24,087 nt of DNA from Abditibacteriaceae bacterium (lineage in GTDB: Bacteria; Armatimonadota; Abditibacteriia; Abditibacteriales; Abditibacteriaceae). The notes below the pieces were generated by a model. The model searched no databases and had not been told where the DNA came from. It saw only the letters and a program-made list of their open reading frames with translations. The stretch's first letter is position 1; each line of letters starts with the position of its first letter. Of this stretch, positions 7,498 through 17,068 are shown piece by piece. The stretch spans positions 1-24,087 of the forward strand of contig JANMKN010000238.1 in the NCBI GenBank assembly GCA_031372065.1, given 5' to 3'. The position numbers and the translations under genes were made by a program.

Positions 7498-9264
7498 TTA
7501 TTCTGTGCTACTGATTAGCGTCAGCGAATAGCCGGGCAAAGCGAGAAATGCATCTTCGGGCGCTAAAACTGCATCGTTGAGAGCAATTTTTGCTGGGCCA
7601 TTTTCGGGCTTTTGGGTTGTTGTGGCATCAATACGTTGCGCGCTTTTGGCATTGGGAAATAAAGCTTTGAATTGCGCTAACTTGATGGTGCGCGGCGCTT
7701 TATTCATTAGCAAAAGGGCGCGACTGCCATCGGCGCGCACAATAGGCAAAATCTCTAATAATTTTTCGTCATCGCTTTTCGATTGCGCAATATCGCCGGT
7801 TAAAAATTGTTTGCTCCAGCCATAAAGATAAGCGGGCGGGCGCCGATTATTTTGTGCATCAATCATGCCGTAAGCGTTGCCTTTGACGTGCCATTGCGTG
7901 ATGCCGGTTATGCCTGTCAGCGCCACGTTTTTGATGCTGCTCGCCATAAAAATGGCGCCGACATTGTTGGCGTGACGGCGCTCGAACGGGTCCCACGTCC
8001 ATTTCACATTGAGTTCGCTGAGAAAGGTTTCAATCTTCCTATCTGGTGCATATTTTTGCACCAGCGCAATTGCATCGCTGGCAAGCGATTTTATATGGCC
8101 CGCTTTTTCAAAAACGACTTCGTTCGATTCGTAAATATCACCACTGGCGTAGTTGTGCCATGTCATGAAATCAATATGGCCCGCGCAGTTTTTCAGGAAT
8201 CCTTCGATCCATTTTGGATTCGGCCAAGTGAAAGCGGGGCCACCGATTTTCGCGTTCGGGTCAACGGTCTTCACCGCGTGTGCCACTTTATTGAACAAGC
8301 GCCATAAATCGTCAAGTTTGCCTTCTTTTTCATAATTGTTTTCCAGTTCGTTAAGCAGTTCCCAATAAGCAATCGGATGTTTCACATCGTCGCGCATAAT
8401 TTGGGCAAGCTGCCCGACGAGTGCGGCAAATTCATCTTCTTGTTCGGTAGTTAGTGTGGAATTTACACTAAACCAACCCGGCCAGCGCGCGACATTCAGC
8501 ATGATTTTCGCGTCGCCATAACCGCTCGAAGCTGCAAAGCCGACTTTGATTTTTTCTACATCCCACGAGCGCGTGTTTTTATCAGTCCATAGGTCAGAAA
8601 ACCCGCCGTTATGAATGCGAATTAAAGCAAAATTTTGCTCTTTCAGAAACGCTTGAAACTTTTCATCAGCGGCGTTTTGCGGATTGAGAATTTCGTAGTC
8701 ATTGATGCCCCAATGTAGCGGCGTGATGCTGCCAATTTTCTTGTTCCAGTCAATCGCAGCATTGATAACAAGGGGCGCTAAATTTTCGTCAGGCTCGAAC
8801 GGCGGTAAGGTGGGAATTACAACCGGCGCGAAAACAACAGCATCAATTGTCAACGTGTTGGCGTTATCGTTGTTGCGAATAATGGTTAGCTTTTCGCCCA
8901 AGGTGGCGCGTTGGAAATTTCCGGCGTCCGTCCATTTCCAATCGGTGGGTTTGTCCCATTTCCAGTTGTCCTGCGTTTTGCCCCCGATTGTGCTTTTCAA
9001 CGCGAACGGGCCACCTTTATGACGCACCCAGATTTTGAAGTTATCGCCAGCCGGAACCGGCAACGAAACCAGTGGTTGCCAATCGCCCTGACGCGTCACA
9101 GCCTTGCCGCCCGAAGCCGAATTATCTTCGATAACCTCGCCCGCTGTGCCACTTTCGGCTTCGACCAAAAAACCTTGCGGTGTTGCATCGGCGGCCTTTG
9201 TTAGAGTGGCTGGAGCCAATGAAAAAAATAACAAGCTAACGCAAATTCGATGTATGAAATTCAT
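7498..9264 (-). CDS. Secreted clan GH-A glycoside hydrolase (GH39-like) with N-terminal beta-sandwich module
   Basis: Start at 9264 (ATGA overlap) and a signal peptide ending in AKA/AD-like cleavage site. YWELLNE (acid/base), KIGGPAF, IDFMTWHNY, FLSELN (nucleophile). Confidence 0.75.
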   Translation of the reverse strand: MNFIHRICVSLLFFSLAPATLTKAADATPQGFLVEAESGTAGEVIEDNSASGGKAVTRQGDWQPLVSLPVPAGDNFKIWVRHKGGPFALKSTIGGKTQDNWKWDKPTDWKWTDAGNFQRATLGEKLTIIRNNDNANTLTIDAVVFAPVVIPTLPPFEPDENLAPLVINAAIDWNKKIGSITPLHWGINDYEILNPQNAADEKFQAFLKEQNFALIRIHNGGFSDLWTDKNTRSWDVEKIKVGFAASSGYGDAKIMLNVARWPGWFSVNSTLTTEQEDEFAALVGQLAQIMRDDVKHPIAYWELLNELENNYEKEGKLDDLWRLFNKVAHAVKTVDPNAKIGGPAFTWPNPKWIEGFLKNCAGHIDFMTWHNYASGDIYESNEVVFEKAGHIKSLASDAIALVQKYAPDRKIETFLSELNVKWTWDPFERRHANNVGAIFMASSIKNVALTGITGITQWHVKGNAYGMIDAQNNRRPPAYLYGWSKQFLTGDIAQSKSDDEKLLEILPIVRADGSRALLLMNKAPRTIKLAQFKALFPNAKSAQRIDATTTQKPENGPAKIALNDAVLAPEDAFLALPGYSLTLISSTE

Positions 9265-11921
9265 GTTGGCCAAACTTGTAAATCGTCCAAATACCACGCG
9301 GCGTTTTCAGTGGCATTGGAAACAAAACCCAGCCAATCAAGCGCACGGAATTCTTTGTCGCAACTTAGTGTCGAATTTACACTTTTGCCGTCGGGCAACT
9401 GCACTTTTAGCTCCCATTCGCCTTGGGACGCATCGCCCAAAGCGCACGAAATGGAAAACTGAATCCATTGATTTTGCGGCAGTTTTTCGAGAATGGTTTG
9501 GCCGCTTTTTAAGGTGCCGTCGGCTTCGATATAAATACTTGGCCCGACGCGATACGGGTTGCCGTTATCGCGCCATTCGTGCGACACAATGGCGCCTTTT
9601 TCGAGGCGCAGCCAGAAAGTTTCCTGATAAGTGCCGCTTTTGTAGTGTGGTTGCCAGTAAACGTGCGGGTTATACGAAAACTGGCCGCCGGGCGCGTCGG
9701 TGAACTTCAAAGAGTGCTTGCCGCTGTGCGCCATTTCATCGCTGATGCGCGCCGTGCCTTTGGGGTTATCTTCGTAAGTTTCCGCGTCCAATACTTTGGA
9801 GCCGACACCTTGCAAATCGAAATTCGCGCTGATGGGCAGCGGCGGTTGGGGCGGCGGTGGCGGCGGAAACTGGCGCGGCAAAGTGCCTTTGTAAGGCTTG
9901 GCATTCAGACGACCCGCCGTGGAAATATCAATCGGCTTGAAGCCTAAGCGCAGCGCGGGCGAATCGGGTTTCAAGCGATAATCATCTTTTGCCACGTCCA
10001 CAAATAAAGGGTCGGCGACAAGTGAGTTTTTATCTTGTCCTTTGGCTTGCCATTGCTGTAAAGAAAGCCCGCCGGGAAACGTGACCGTCTTGCCCATTTG
10101 CCAATATAAATTGGAATCAAATTTGAAGTTATCGCCGCTCCAATTGGAGCCAAGCAAAGGCGCATCTTCATAAAGAACGATGTTGCGTTGAATATCTAAA
10201 GTGAAATGCTCTGGTTCGGGCCGCGTGCGCATCAGTTGCGCTTCGCGGCCAAACGCGAAAATGTTGTTGCGCACTATGTTGTCGCCGCCATAATGCTGAT
10301 GAAATCCGGCACTTTTGGTGCGATAAACGACGTTGTTTTCGGCCAAGATTTTCGAGGTGCCTTCATCAAAATAAATGCCCCAGCCGCCATAGGAAAACGA
10401 ATCCACATCGTGAATCAAATTGTGATGCAAATGGTTGCCGCCCCCCGCGCCGAGCGTATAAATGCCGCCCATATCCGATAGCACGCCTTGACCGATTTGG
10501 TGAATATGGTTGTAAGCGATTTCGTTATCATGCGAGAGGCTTTTGTTATAGCCCCACGACCAGCCGGGCGAAATGCCGGTGTAATAAAAATCGAAAATCT
10601 CGTTGTGTTCGATTTTGTTGAACGGAGAATGGCCGATCCACACGCCAATTGCGGCGGGATGCAAGCGCCCGCCATGCGCAATCAAGCAATTGCGCACGAT
10701 GTTGTGCGAAGCCACATCTTCGTCGTCATCAAAAGCGCTCGTCTCGCCGATTTTAACTCCGCCCGCTGATAAATCGGTCAATTCGCAATTGAGAATCTGA
10801 TTATTCTTGCAGCCCTGATTCAGCGCGATGGCGTATTCGCCAGTTTGCGAAACGGCGCAGTTTTCGATGGTTAAATGGCGCGCTCCGGTTGCCGAAATAG
10901 CCGCGCCCAGTGGCACTTCGGCTTGCACGAAAACGTAACCTTGCGGCGGCGTTTGCCAGTTGGAGTGCGCGAAATGCAAGCCGCGCAGCGTGATATTTTG
11001 CACCCAGTTTCGCGCCGCGACATCGCCTTTGAATTCCACCAATCGGTTAAGACGCGGCGCGATAATTTGTGTGGGTTTTTCGCCCTTTTGTGGCCAGTAA
11101 GAAAGAGTGCCGCTTTGCGAATCGAGATAAAAGTTGCCCGCTTCCATCGCTTCTTTGACGTTTTCGATGAGATAGCGACCGCCGCGTGGAAATTTTTGAT
11201 AGGGCGGCGTGCCCATCGTCGTGCCGGTGAAGTTGGCGATGCCCGCTTTTTCATCCACGGAGGCCACGCGAAGGCGCGCCATAGACCAGATTTGCATTCC
11301 CAGCATTTCCACATCGCCCAAGTTGTGCCAATCGCTTTTGAAGTCGCCCGGCGCGAAAACAAAGCGGTCAAAACCTTTATCTTTGTTGGGCGTTGTCGGC
11401 TCCAATTCGCCGCGCACAAAATAATAGCCTTGCTCCGAGCTACGTTTGGGCAAGCGCGGGCGATAGCGGCTTTGCCCATCAACATAAAGGCGCGTGAAAC
11501 TCCATTTGCCGCCAACCGCTTCGGGCAAATCGGCCTGCCATTGATTGCCCGCCACGCGCCAATTGCTAACGATTTGACCGCCGCTTATAAGAGGTTTTTC
11601 GTTGCCGAAAGCCTGATAAATAACGGGATTGCTGTCGCTGCCGCCATCTTCGGGCATGAAAACCAAAGGCTCTTTCAAAAAGTAAGTGCCGCCACGCACC
11701 GCCACCACAATCGGCCCGCGTCGTTTGATGAGCGTTTTTAAGGTGCGCACCGCAAGGCGCGCTTTATCCAAGGTGGCAAATGGCTTTTCTTTGGTGCCGG
11801 GGTTGGCATCGCTGCCATTCGTCGCCACGAAAAAATCCGGCGTGTTTTGCGCCTGTGCCCTTTCCGGCATAACCGTCGCACAGAGCAGAACTAAAGCGAT
11901 AACGGCAAGTGAATAATTCAT
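9261..11921 (-). CDS. Secreted right-handed beta-helix protein (GH141-like) with Pro-rich linker and C-terminal beta-sandwich
   Basis: Signal peptide; FFVATNGSDANPGTKEKPFATL; YTGISPGWSW; DMGGIYTLG; GIYFDEG; ADPLFVD..DYRLKPDSPA; FPPPPPPQPP linker. Confidence 0.8.
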   Translation of the reverse strand: MNYSLAVIALVLLCATVMPERAQAQNTPDFFVATNGSDANPGTKEKPFATLDKARLAVRTLKTLIKRRGPIVVAVRGGTYFLKEPLVFMPEDGGSDSNPVIYQAFGNEKPLISGGQIVSNWRVAGNQWQADLPEAVGGKWSFTRLYVDGQSRYRPRLPKRSSEQGYYFVRGELEPTTPNKDKGFDRFVFAPGDFKSDWHNLGDVEMLGMQIWSMARLRVASVDEKAGIANFTGTTMGTPPYQKFPRGGRYLIENVKEAMEAGNFYLDSQSGTLSYWPQKGEKPTQIIAPRLNRLVEFKGDVAARNWVQNITLRGLHFAHSNWQTPPQGYVFVQAEVPLGAAISATGARHLTIENCAVSQTGEYAIALNQGCKNNQILNCELTDLSAGGVKIGETSAFDDDEDVASHNIVRNCLIAHGGRLHPAAIGVWIGHSPFNKIEHNEIFDFYYTGISPGWSWGYNKSLSHDNEIAYNHIHQIGQGVLSDMGGIYTLGAGGGNHLHHNLIHDVDSFSYGGWGIYFDEGTSKILAENNVVYRTKSAGFHQHYGGDNIVRNNIFAFGREAQLMRTRPEPEHFTLDIQRNIVLYEDAPLLGSNWSGDNFKFDSNLYWQMGKTVTFPGGLSLQQWQAKGQDKNSLVADPLFVDVAKDDYRLKPDSPALRLGFKPIDISTAGRLNAKPYKGTLPRQFPPPPPPQPPLPISANFDLQGVGSKVLDAETYEDNPKGTARISDEMAHSGKHSLKFTDAPGGQFSYNPHVYWQPHYKSGTYQETFWLRLEKGAIVSHEWRDNGNPYRVGPSIYIEADGTLKSGQTILEKLPQNQWIQFSISCALGDASQGEWELKVQLPDGKSVNSTLSCDKEFRALDWLGFVSNATENAAWYLDDLQVWPT

Positions 11922-11931
11922 AAAAATTAAC

Positions 11932-11959
11932 CTTTAGCTGTGAGCTTTTAGCTGTCAGC
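11932..11959. repeat. Heptamer tandem repeat (nTn-AGC type, 4 units)
   Basis: CTTTAGC TGTGAGC TTTTAGC TGTCAGC (also a 14-bp period). Confidence 0.6.
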
Positions 11960-11973
11960 CTCCTACATCGCGC

Positions 11974-12594
11974 CTATTGACTTCCCCCCGGATTTTCTGC
12001 GGCATTTTCCCAGCCGCGCACGAAATCTTCGGCTGTGGCGCCGTGCAAAAAAGCAAAGCGTGTCACTTCGCGGCCCATTTCCAACAGTCGCTTTTCGACT
12101 TCTTCATCGAGCAGTTTTCCGTCTTTGTCAAAGGCTTTATGAGCCTGGGCGATGGAAACCTGCTGCGGTAAAACCCACGCGTGCAACTGTCGCCCTACGG
12201 TGCGCAAATGATTCAGCGCGTTGATGGCGCCAATTGAGCCGCCCGCCACGCCGACAAGACCGATCATTTTGCCTTGAAATTCATCGAAGCCCATTAAATC
12301 GAGCGCATTTTTCAAAACGCCGCTATAGCTTCCGTGATATTCCGGCGTGCCCCACAGAATCGCTTGCGCGGCGCGGCATTCAGCAGACAAACGTTTGACA
12401 TCGGGAAAACTTTCCGGTTCGTGCCGCAAGCCGGCAAAAGGCAAATGATAATCGCGCAAATCGGCGAGATGCGTTTGCGCTCCAGCTTGCTGGGCACCTT
12501 GCAACGCCACCTGCAGAGCGTGACGCGTGCTGGAATTTTCCGTCACGCTGCCACACAGCGCGAGAACATGAATTTGAGAGAAATTAAGGGGCAT
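11974..12594 (-). CDS. NADPH-dependent FMN reductase (flavodoxin-like)
   Basis: LCGSVTENSST, GTPEYHGSYSGVLKNALD, VGVAGGSIGAINALNHLR. Confidence 0.92.
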   Translation of the reverse strand: MPLNFSQIHVLALCGSVTENSSTRHALQVALQGAQQAGAQTHLADLRDYHLPFAGLRHEPESFPDVKRLSAECRAAQAILWGTPEYHGSYSGVLKNALDLMGFDEFQGKMIGLVGVAGGSIGAINALNHLRTVGRQLHAWVLPQQVSIAQAHKAFDKDGKLLDEEVEKRLLEMGREVTRFAFLHGATAEDFVRGWENAAENPGGSQ

Positions 12595-12759
12595 TTTGCA
12601 AAAAATGTCTTTCGTTAAATTAATTGTATCTCATGGACGAAAATGCTTTTGGCGTTTCACCAGATGTTTTGTCCACTCCCATACTTTTTGCAAGTTTGCG
12701 TCTTAGCTAAACTTTAATCTCCAATGAGTTTTTGCATACCCTCCGCACAAGCTTTTCAG

Positions 12760-14736
12760 ATGAAGTCGCTGATTTCTGCCATCTTAATTGGCATTGCCGG
12801 TTCAGCTGGCTGCCAGAAGCAGGTAATTCTGCCCACGCAGAATACCGTATCTGATAATTCTTCTCCTCCTACAAATACCTCTGCTGAAAAAGTGCCTCCT
12901 CTTTATTTTGCGGATGCGACTCAGCAAGCTGGCATAAAATTTCGCCATTACAATGGCGCGTTTGGCTTAAAGATGTTTCCCGAAGCAATGGGCAGCGGCG
13001 TGGCTTGGTTCGATTACGATAACGACGGCTGGCCTGATTTGTTTTTTGTCAATGGGCGGGATTGGAACGAAAAAGAAATCAATGCTTTTCGTTATCGCCC
13101 GTGGAGCAAAGCCGAAATTGCCGTTTTGGAACACACCAAAGGGACTCAAGCCAAAAGACAGCGTCAAATTCCTTCCCATAAGCGGCAGGCTCACACCGGT
13201 GCTTTGTATCACAACAACCGGGATGGCACATTTACCGATGTAACGAAAAATTCTGGCCTTGATGTTGAGATGTATGGATTAGGGGTCGCCGCTGGAGATT
13301 ATGATGGAGACGGGCGCAGCGATCTTTATATTACAGCCTATCCGCATGGTTTTTTGCTTCATAATATGGGGCAAGGAAAGTTCTTAGATGTCACAAACGC
13401 AATGGGCGTAGCCGATGAAGGATTGAATACAAGCCCTGTTTGGCTTGATTATGATGCCGATGGGCGTCTTGATTTGTTCATCGCACGCTATGCCGATTGG
13501 AGACCGGAACGTGATGTGTTTTATTCTCTGAACGGAATTCACAAATCCTACAGTCGTCCGCGCGCTTATAAATCTCGTGTTTGTCATCTTTACCGCAATC
13601 AAGGCGCCGCTTCGGTTGCGCAAGATGGCGCGCGTTTTAAGAATGTTTCCGAACAAACCGGAATCGGATTGCAACCTTCACCAATCTTTGGTGGCAAATT
13701 GTTTCCTTTGGAGGGTAATGCTTTGGGTGTCACCGTTTTCGATTGGAACAACGATGGGAATTTAGATATTGCCGTTGCGAACGATATGACACCGAACCAT
13801 TTGCTGCAAGGCAATGGCAAAGGACACTTTTCTGAAGTGGCCCGTAAAGCGGGCTTGGCTTTGACAAGTCAAGGTGTTGTGCGTGCTGGAATGGGAATTG
13901 ATACCGCTGATATTAACCATAATGGCCGCGACAGTGTTTTGATAGGCAATTTTGCCGAGGAAATGTTGGGGTTGTGGGAAAATCAGGGCGGCGCGCTCGT
14001 GGATATTGCCTTTCAAGACTCAATTGGCATGGCAAGCTACAATTATTTGACGTTCGGATTGTCGTTTGCTGATTTCGATAACGACAGTTGGCCGGATTTT
14101 ATAACAGCGAACGGTCATATTAATGATGATGTGGCGCAATCCAATCCGAAGGTGACTTATCAGCAACGCCCTCAAATCTTTTTACAAAGACAAAATCGCT
14201 TTTTTGAAGTCGGAAACATGGCTGGCACTGGCGCTCAAAAGCAGCTTGTGGGACGTGGGTTAGCTTGTGCCGATTACGATCTGGATGGCGATATTGATGT
14301 TGTGATTTCCTCGAACGGTGGCGCACCTACGCTATTAAAAAACGATAGTGCTACACATTTCCCCCTCTTTTCTGGAAGCAATCACAAAATCAGATTGGAA
14401 TTGCGAGGTCGGCAACCCAATACCAGCGCCATTGGCGCACTGGTAGAAGCACAGATTGGCGATACAAAATTGCGAAACTGGGTGCGCAGCGGTTCCTCGT
14501 ATTTATCACAAAGCGAATTGCCTATAACCTTAGGTGTTGGAAAAGCCACTGTTATCGACAAGCTGACAATTCGCTGGACTGACAGGAAAACTACCACTTT
14601 TTCTATGTTATCAGTAGATCAAATCCTGTTGATAGATGAAGCGGCAGGCATTGTGAAACGACAAGACATCGTAAAACGACAAGAGTTGGATAAGAAAAAA
14701 TTGGTGGGACAGCCGCTGAAATTCACTTCTAACTGA
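12760..14736 (+). CDS. CRTAC1 family lipoprotein (FG-GAP/VCBS repeats plus ASPIC/UnbV domain)
   Basis: Repeated DYDNDGWPDL-type motifs; AIGALV...GSSYLSQS...LGVG...IRW C-terminal ASPIC/UnbV signature. ATG 12760 gives a lipobox-like SAGC; alternative start at 12724. Confidence 0.88.
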   Translation: MKSLISAILIGIAGSAGCQKQVILPTQNTVSDNSSPPTNTSAEKVPPLYFADATQQAGIKFRHYNGAFGLKMFPEAMGSGVAWFDYDNDGWPDLFFVNGRDWNEKEINAFRYRPWSKAEIAVLEHTKGTQAKRQRQIPSHKRQAHTGALYHNNRDGTFTDVTKNSGLDVEMYGLGVAAGDYDGDGRSDLYITAYPHGFLLHNMGQGKFLDVTNAMGVADEGLNTSPVWLDYDADGRLDLFIARYADWRPERDVFYSLNGIHKSYSRPRAYKSRVCHLYRNQGAASVAQDGARFKNVSEQTGIGLQPSPIFGGKLFPLEGNALGVTVFDWNNDGNLDIAVANDMTPNHLLQGNGKGHFSEVARKAGLALTSQGVVRAGMGIDTADINHNGRDSVLIGNFAEEMLGLWENQGGALVDIAFQDSIGMASYNYLTFGLSFADFDNDSWPDFITANGHINDDVAQSNPKVTYQQRPQIFLQRQNRFFEVGNMAGTGAQKQLVGRGLACADYDLDGDIDVVISSNGGAPTLLKNDSATHFPLFSGSNHKIRLELRGRQPNTSAIGALVEAQIGDTKLRNWVRSGSSYLSQSELPITLGVGKATVIDKLTIRWTDRKTTTFSMLSVDQILLIDEAAGIVKRQDIVKRQELDKKKLVGQPLKFTSN

Positions 14737-14778
14737 ATTTCGCTGCGTGCCATAGATTTTAAAGCCGCGTGGGCGTTG

Positions 14779-14878
14779 CTCGTCAAGTGCGTTACAGGGC
14801 AATCGCATTAGGATTTTTGAACACGGTTTATTCGCGGGGCAACTTCTAATGCGATTGCCCTGTAACGGACTTGACGAG
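14779..14878. repeat. 33-bp inverted repeat (1 mismatch, 34-nt spacer); possible MITE/IS-end remnant
   Basis: CTCGTCAAGTGCGTTACAGGGCAATCGCATTAG (14779-14811) versus CTAATGCGATTGCCCTGTAACGGACTTGACGAG (14846-14878). Confidence 0.9.
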
Positions 14879-14900
14879 TCGCTTACCCTTCACTTATAAT
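14871..14900 (+). promoter_or_regulatory. Near-consensus sigma70 promoter
   Basis: TTGACG (14871-14876), 18 bp, TATAAT (14895-14900). Confidence 0.7.
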
Positions 14901-14902
14901 TA

Positions 14903-14926
14903 TTTGCACATACGAATGTGCAAAAG
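14903..14926. promoter_or_regulatory. Palindromic operator O1 (LacI-like, central CG)
   Basis: TTTGCACAT-ACGA-ATGTGCAAA-AG, 2 bp after the -10 box. Confidence 0.75.
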
Positions 14927-14982
14927 GTGAAGTTACTGCGTGATGGGAACTTAATTTTCTGGCGCACGTTTCGTTAAAAGTT

Positions 14983-15006
14983 TTTGCACATACGAATGTG
15001 CAAAAG
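14983..15006. promoter_or_regulatory. Palindromic operator O2, identical to O1
   Basis: Exact 24-bp copy of 14903-14926, 80 bp downstream. Confidence 0.75.
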
Positions 15007-15049
15007 AAACACTGTAAAGTGTAGCTTTAGAATTTCAAGGGAGAAATTT

Positions 15050-15310
15050 ATGATTGCCCGTTACATTTCTGTAACAGCACAGAAAGAGAAGCAGGTTTGG
15101 CAAGTTCACAGCGTCTTGTTTGGTGTCGGTGCGGCATTATTTTTGCTGTCTATGTCTGGCTGTAACAAAAGCGACAATGGCCCCGTTGTTCAATCACCAC
15201 CGCCACCCGCTGTAGAAGGCTCCAGTCCATCACCGGAAAAATTGCCTAAGAACAACGCGACTGGGCGGCCAACCGGTTCATCACCAGCGCCGGGTTCCTC
15301 ATCACGCTGA
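15050..15310 (+). CDS. Small Pro/Ser-rich lipoprotein
   Basis: SD AAGGGAG before ATG 15050; hydrophobic stretch ending in lipobox MSGC; low-complexity tail. Confidence 0.65.
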   Translation: MIARYISVTAQKEKQVWQVHSVLFGVGAALFLLSMSGCNKSDNGPVVQSPPPPAVEGSSPSPEKLPKNNATGRPTGSSPAPGSSSR

Positions 15311-15431
15311 TTTATGGCTCAGGCTATACCGACCCAAAAATGCTGTCGCGTTTGGAAAAGGGCAGATTTGGGTATATAGTCAATGGACATCCCAAGCAAG
15401 CGAATGAACATTCGCAAATTCAGGAGAAATC

Positions 15432-16226
15432 ATGTTTAAGTTGAAGAATCAAGTGCAAGGCAAAAAAACCTTCGCCTTGCGAGCTTTCACGCTCATCGAA
15501 TTGCTTGTCGTTATAGCGATAATTGCGCTTCTCGCGGCCATTCTGTTCCCCGTTTTCGCCCGTGCGCGTGAAAACGCCCGCAAAAGTTCTTGCGCCAATA
15601 ATCTCAAGCAAATCGGCTTAGGATTCGCTCAGTATTCGCAAGATTACGACGAGCGAATGACGCAAGCTTGGTATAGCCCCGGTGGCGCCGGTTATCCCGG
15701 CACATGGCGTTGGATGGATTGCATCTATCCTTATGTGAAAAGCGAACAGATTTTCGCCTGCCCCAGTGCCAGTGGCAACAATGCGCGCTATGTTTACCGT
15801 AATCCTGCTACATCCTTGGCCACAACCGGTGGCCCTTTTGGCAGTTACGGCTACAACGTCGCGTATTGGGGTAATAACTCCGGCGATAATGCCATTAATC
15901 CCAATGGGCAAGCTTTGCCCGATATTCAAAAGCCATCGCAGTGCTTACTGTCGGCAGACACGTATATCAATGGTGGAAACAACTGGGAGATTGCGTGGGA
16001 AAATTCCCCCAATAATCCAACGCTTGTGGCTGGCGCATCTCCACGCCGCATGAACAACGGCAATGGTGCCCTCGTAGAGCGCCATCTTGATCAAACCAAC
16101 TGCTTGTTTGTGGATGGACACGTTAAAAGCTACGGTTTAGCTTTTATTATGACGCCACGTCCCGATGCAACTTATGGCAGCGCAGCCGTCTGGCCGATTT
16201 TTACGATTCAAAACGACCCTTATTGA
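15432..16226 (+). CDS. Prepilin-type N-terminal cleavage/methylation protein with DUF1559 and H-X9-DG motif
   Basis: [70 protein letters not shown]. Confidence 0.93.
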   Translation: MFKLKNQVQGKKTFALRAFTLIELLVVIAIIALLAAILFPVFARARENARKSSCANNLKQIGLGFAQYSQDYDERMTQAWYSPGGAGYPGTWRWMDCIYPYVKSEQIFACPSASGNNARYVYRNPATSLATTGGPFGSYGYNVAYWGNNSGDNAINPNGQALPDIQKPSQCLLSADTYINGGNNWEIAWENSPNNPTLVAGASPRRMNNGNGALVERHLDQTNCLFVDGHVKSYGLAFIMTPRPDATYGSAAVWPIFTIQNDPY

Positions 16227-16250
16227 TCTTGTGTTTCATACTTGATCATG

Positions 16251-16283
16251 AAAAGAGCCTCACGCTACGCGTGAGGCTCTTTT
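16251..16283. terminator. Bidirectional intrinsic terminator
   Basis: AAAAGAGCCTCACGC-TAC-GCGTGAGGCTCTTTT between convergent genes. Confidence 0.88.
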
Positions 16284-16317
16284 GATTTTAGCTTTAAAAA
16301 GTGGGAAAGTGATTCGA

Positions 16318-17034
16318 TTATTCTGTAAGGGGAGCAGTTTGAAAATACCGCTCAAGTAAATTTTTCTGCACGTCGTGCAAGTCTACGCCGGAGCGGATTT
16401 TCCGCAAATGCGATAGCGCGTCTTCGATGGTTTTTTCTTGCCCGCTTGCCAGCAAATAGGCTGTCACAAAAGTCGCACTACGGCCATGACCAAGCGCGCA
16501 ATGCACATAAACCGCGCCTTGCGCGTGATGTGCTTTGAGAAATTCTACGCCGCGTTTTAATTCTTCCAAAGTGGGCGCTGTTGTATCCAAAACGGGCACA
16601 CACAAATAACGTGGCATGTTTTGCAAAAAGGCGACTTCGGAAAATTCTGATGTCAAATCAAGAACAGCCAAAACAGCCGGTAAACTTTTTTCATCGCGCT
16701 GCCATAAGCGGCAACCGAGCCATAAACCGGGCGCAATTTCATCGGCGATATTTTCTTTCGAGGCGCCCCGGAACAGCCATAGCGACAAATAATTCAAGGC
16801 AAAATACGGCCAGTAAATCAGCCAACTTAGCGCGGTCATTTTCGCGCCGCGCTTGCCAAAAGCGCGTGGCCCCAGCGCGCCATAACCCAATGTCACGCCG
16901 CCAAAGGCCAACGCCGCGTTGAGGTCTATTAGCTTCAAAAGCCAAGGCGTCGCCAGAAAACTTGAGGCCACCGCGCTGAGGCTTAAAATGCCAAACAGCA
17001 CAGCGTATTTCTGGCTGCGTTGCGGTTTGTCCAT
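16318..17034 (-). CDS. Membrane-anchored dual-specificity phosphatase family protein
   Basis: VHCALGHGRS (CX5R) active site, VLDLTSEF and VPVLD; N-terminal TM helices. Likely start MDKPQRSQ at 17034. Confidence 0.85.
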   Translation of the reverse strand: MDKPQRSQKYAVLFGILSLSAVASSFLATPWLLKLIDLNAALAFGGVTLGYGALGPRAFGKRGAKMTALSWLIYWPYFALNYLSLWLFRGASKENIADEIAPGLWLGCRLWQRDEKSLPAVLAVLDLTSEFSEVAFLQNMPRYLCVPVLDTTAPTLEELKRGVEFLKAHHAQGAVYVHCALGHGRSATFVTAYLLASGQEKTIEDALSHLRKIRSGVDLHDVQKNLLERYFQTAPLTE

Positions 17035-17068
17035 TGTTTTAGTTGCCTCAAGTCTTACACTACAGCGC

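Noticed and set aside
10875..11741. 288-aa plus-strand ORF
   Set aside because: Antisense shadow of the beta-helix gene with no recognisable motifs.
12634..12675. Imperfect inverted repeat TGGACGAAA...TTTTGTCCA in the divergent promoter region
   Set aside because: Only 9 bp with a wobble and a long spacer; no function can be supported.
14650..14685. 18-bp near-duplication (IVKRQD/IVKRQE) at the CRTAC1 C-terminus
   Set aside because: Small in-frame slippage in a variable tail with no evident significance.
15323..15415. Weak hairpins between the lipoprotein and DUF1559 genes (e.g. GCGAATG-AA-CATTCGC at 15400-15415)
   Set aside because: Short or imperfect, with no U-tract and no match to an RNA family I recognise.
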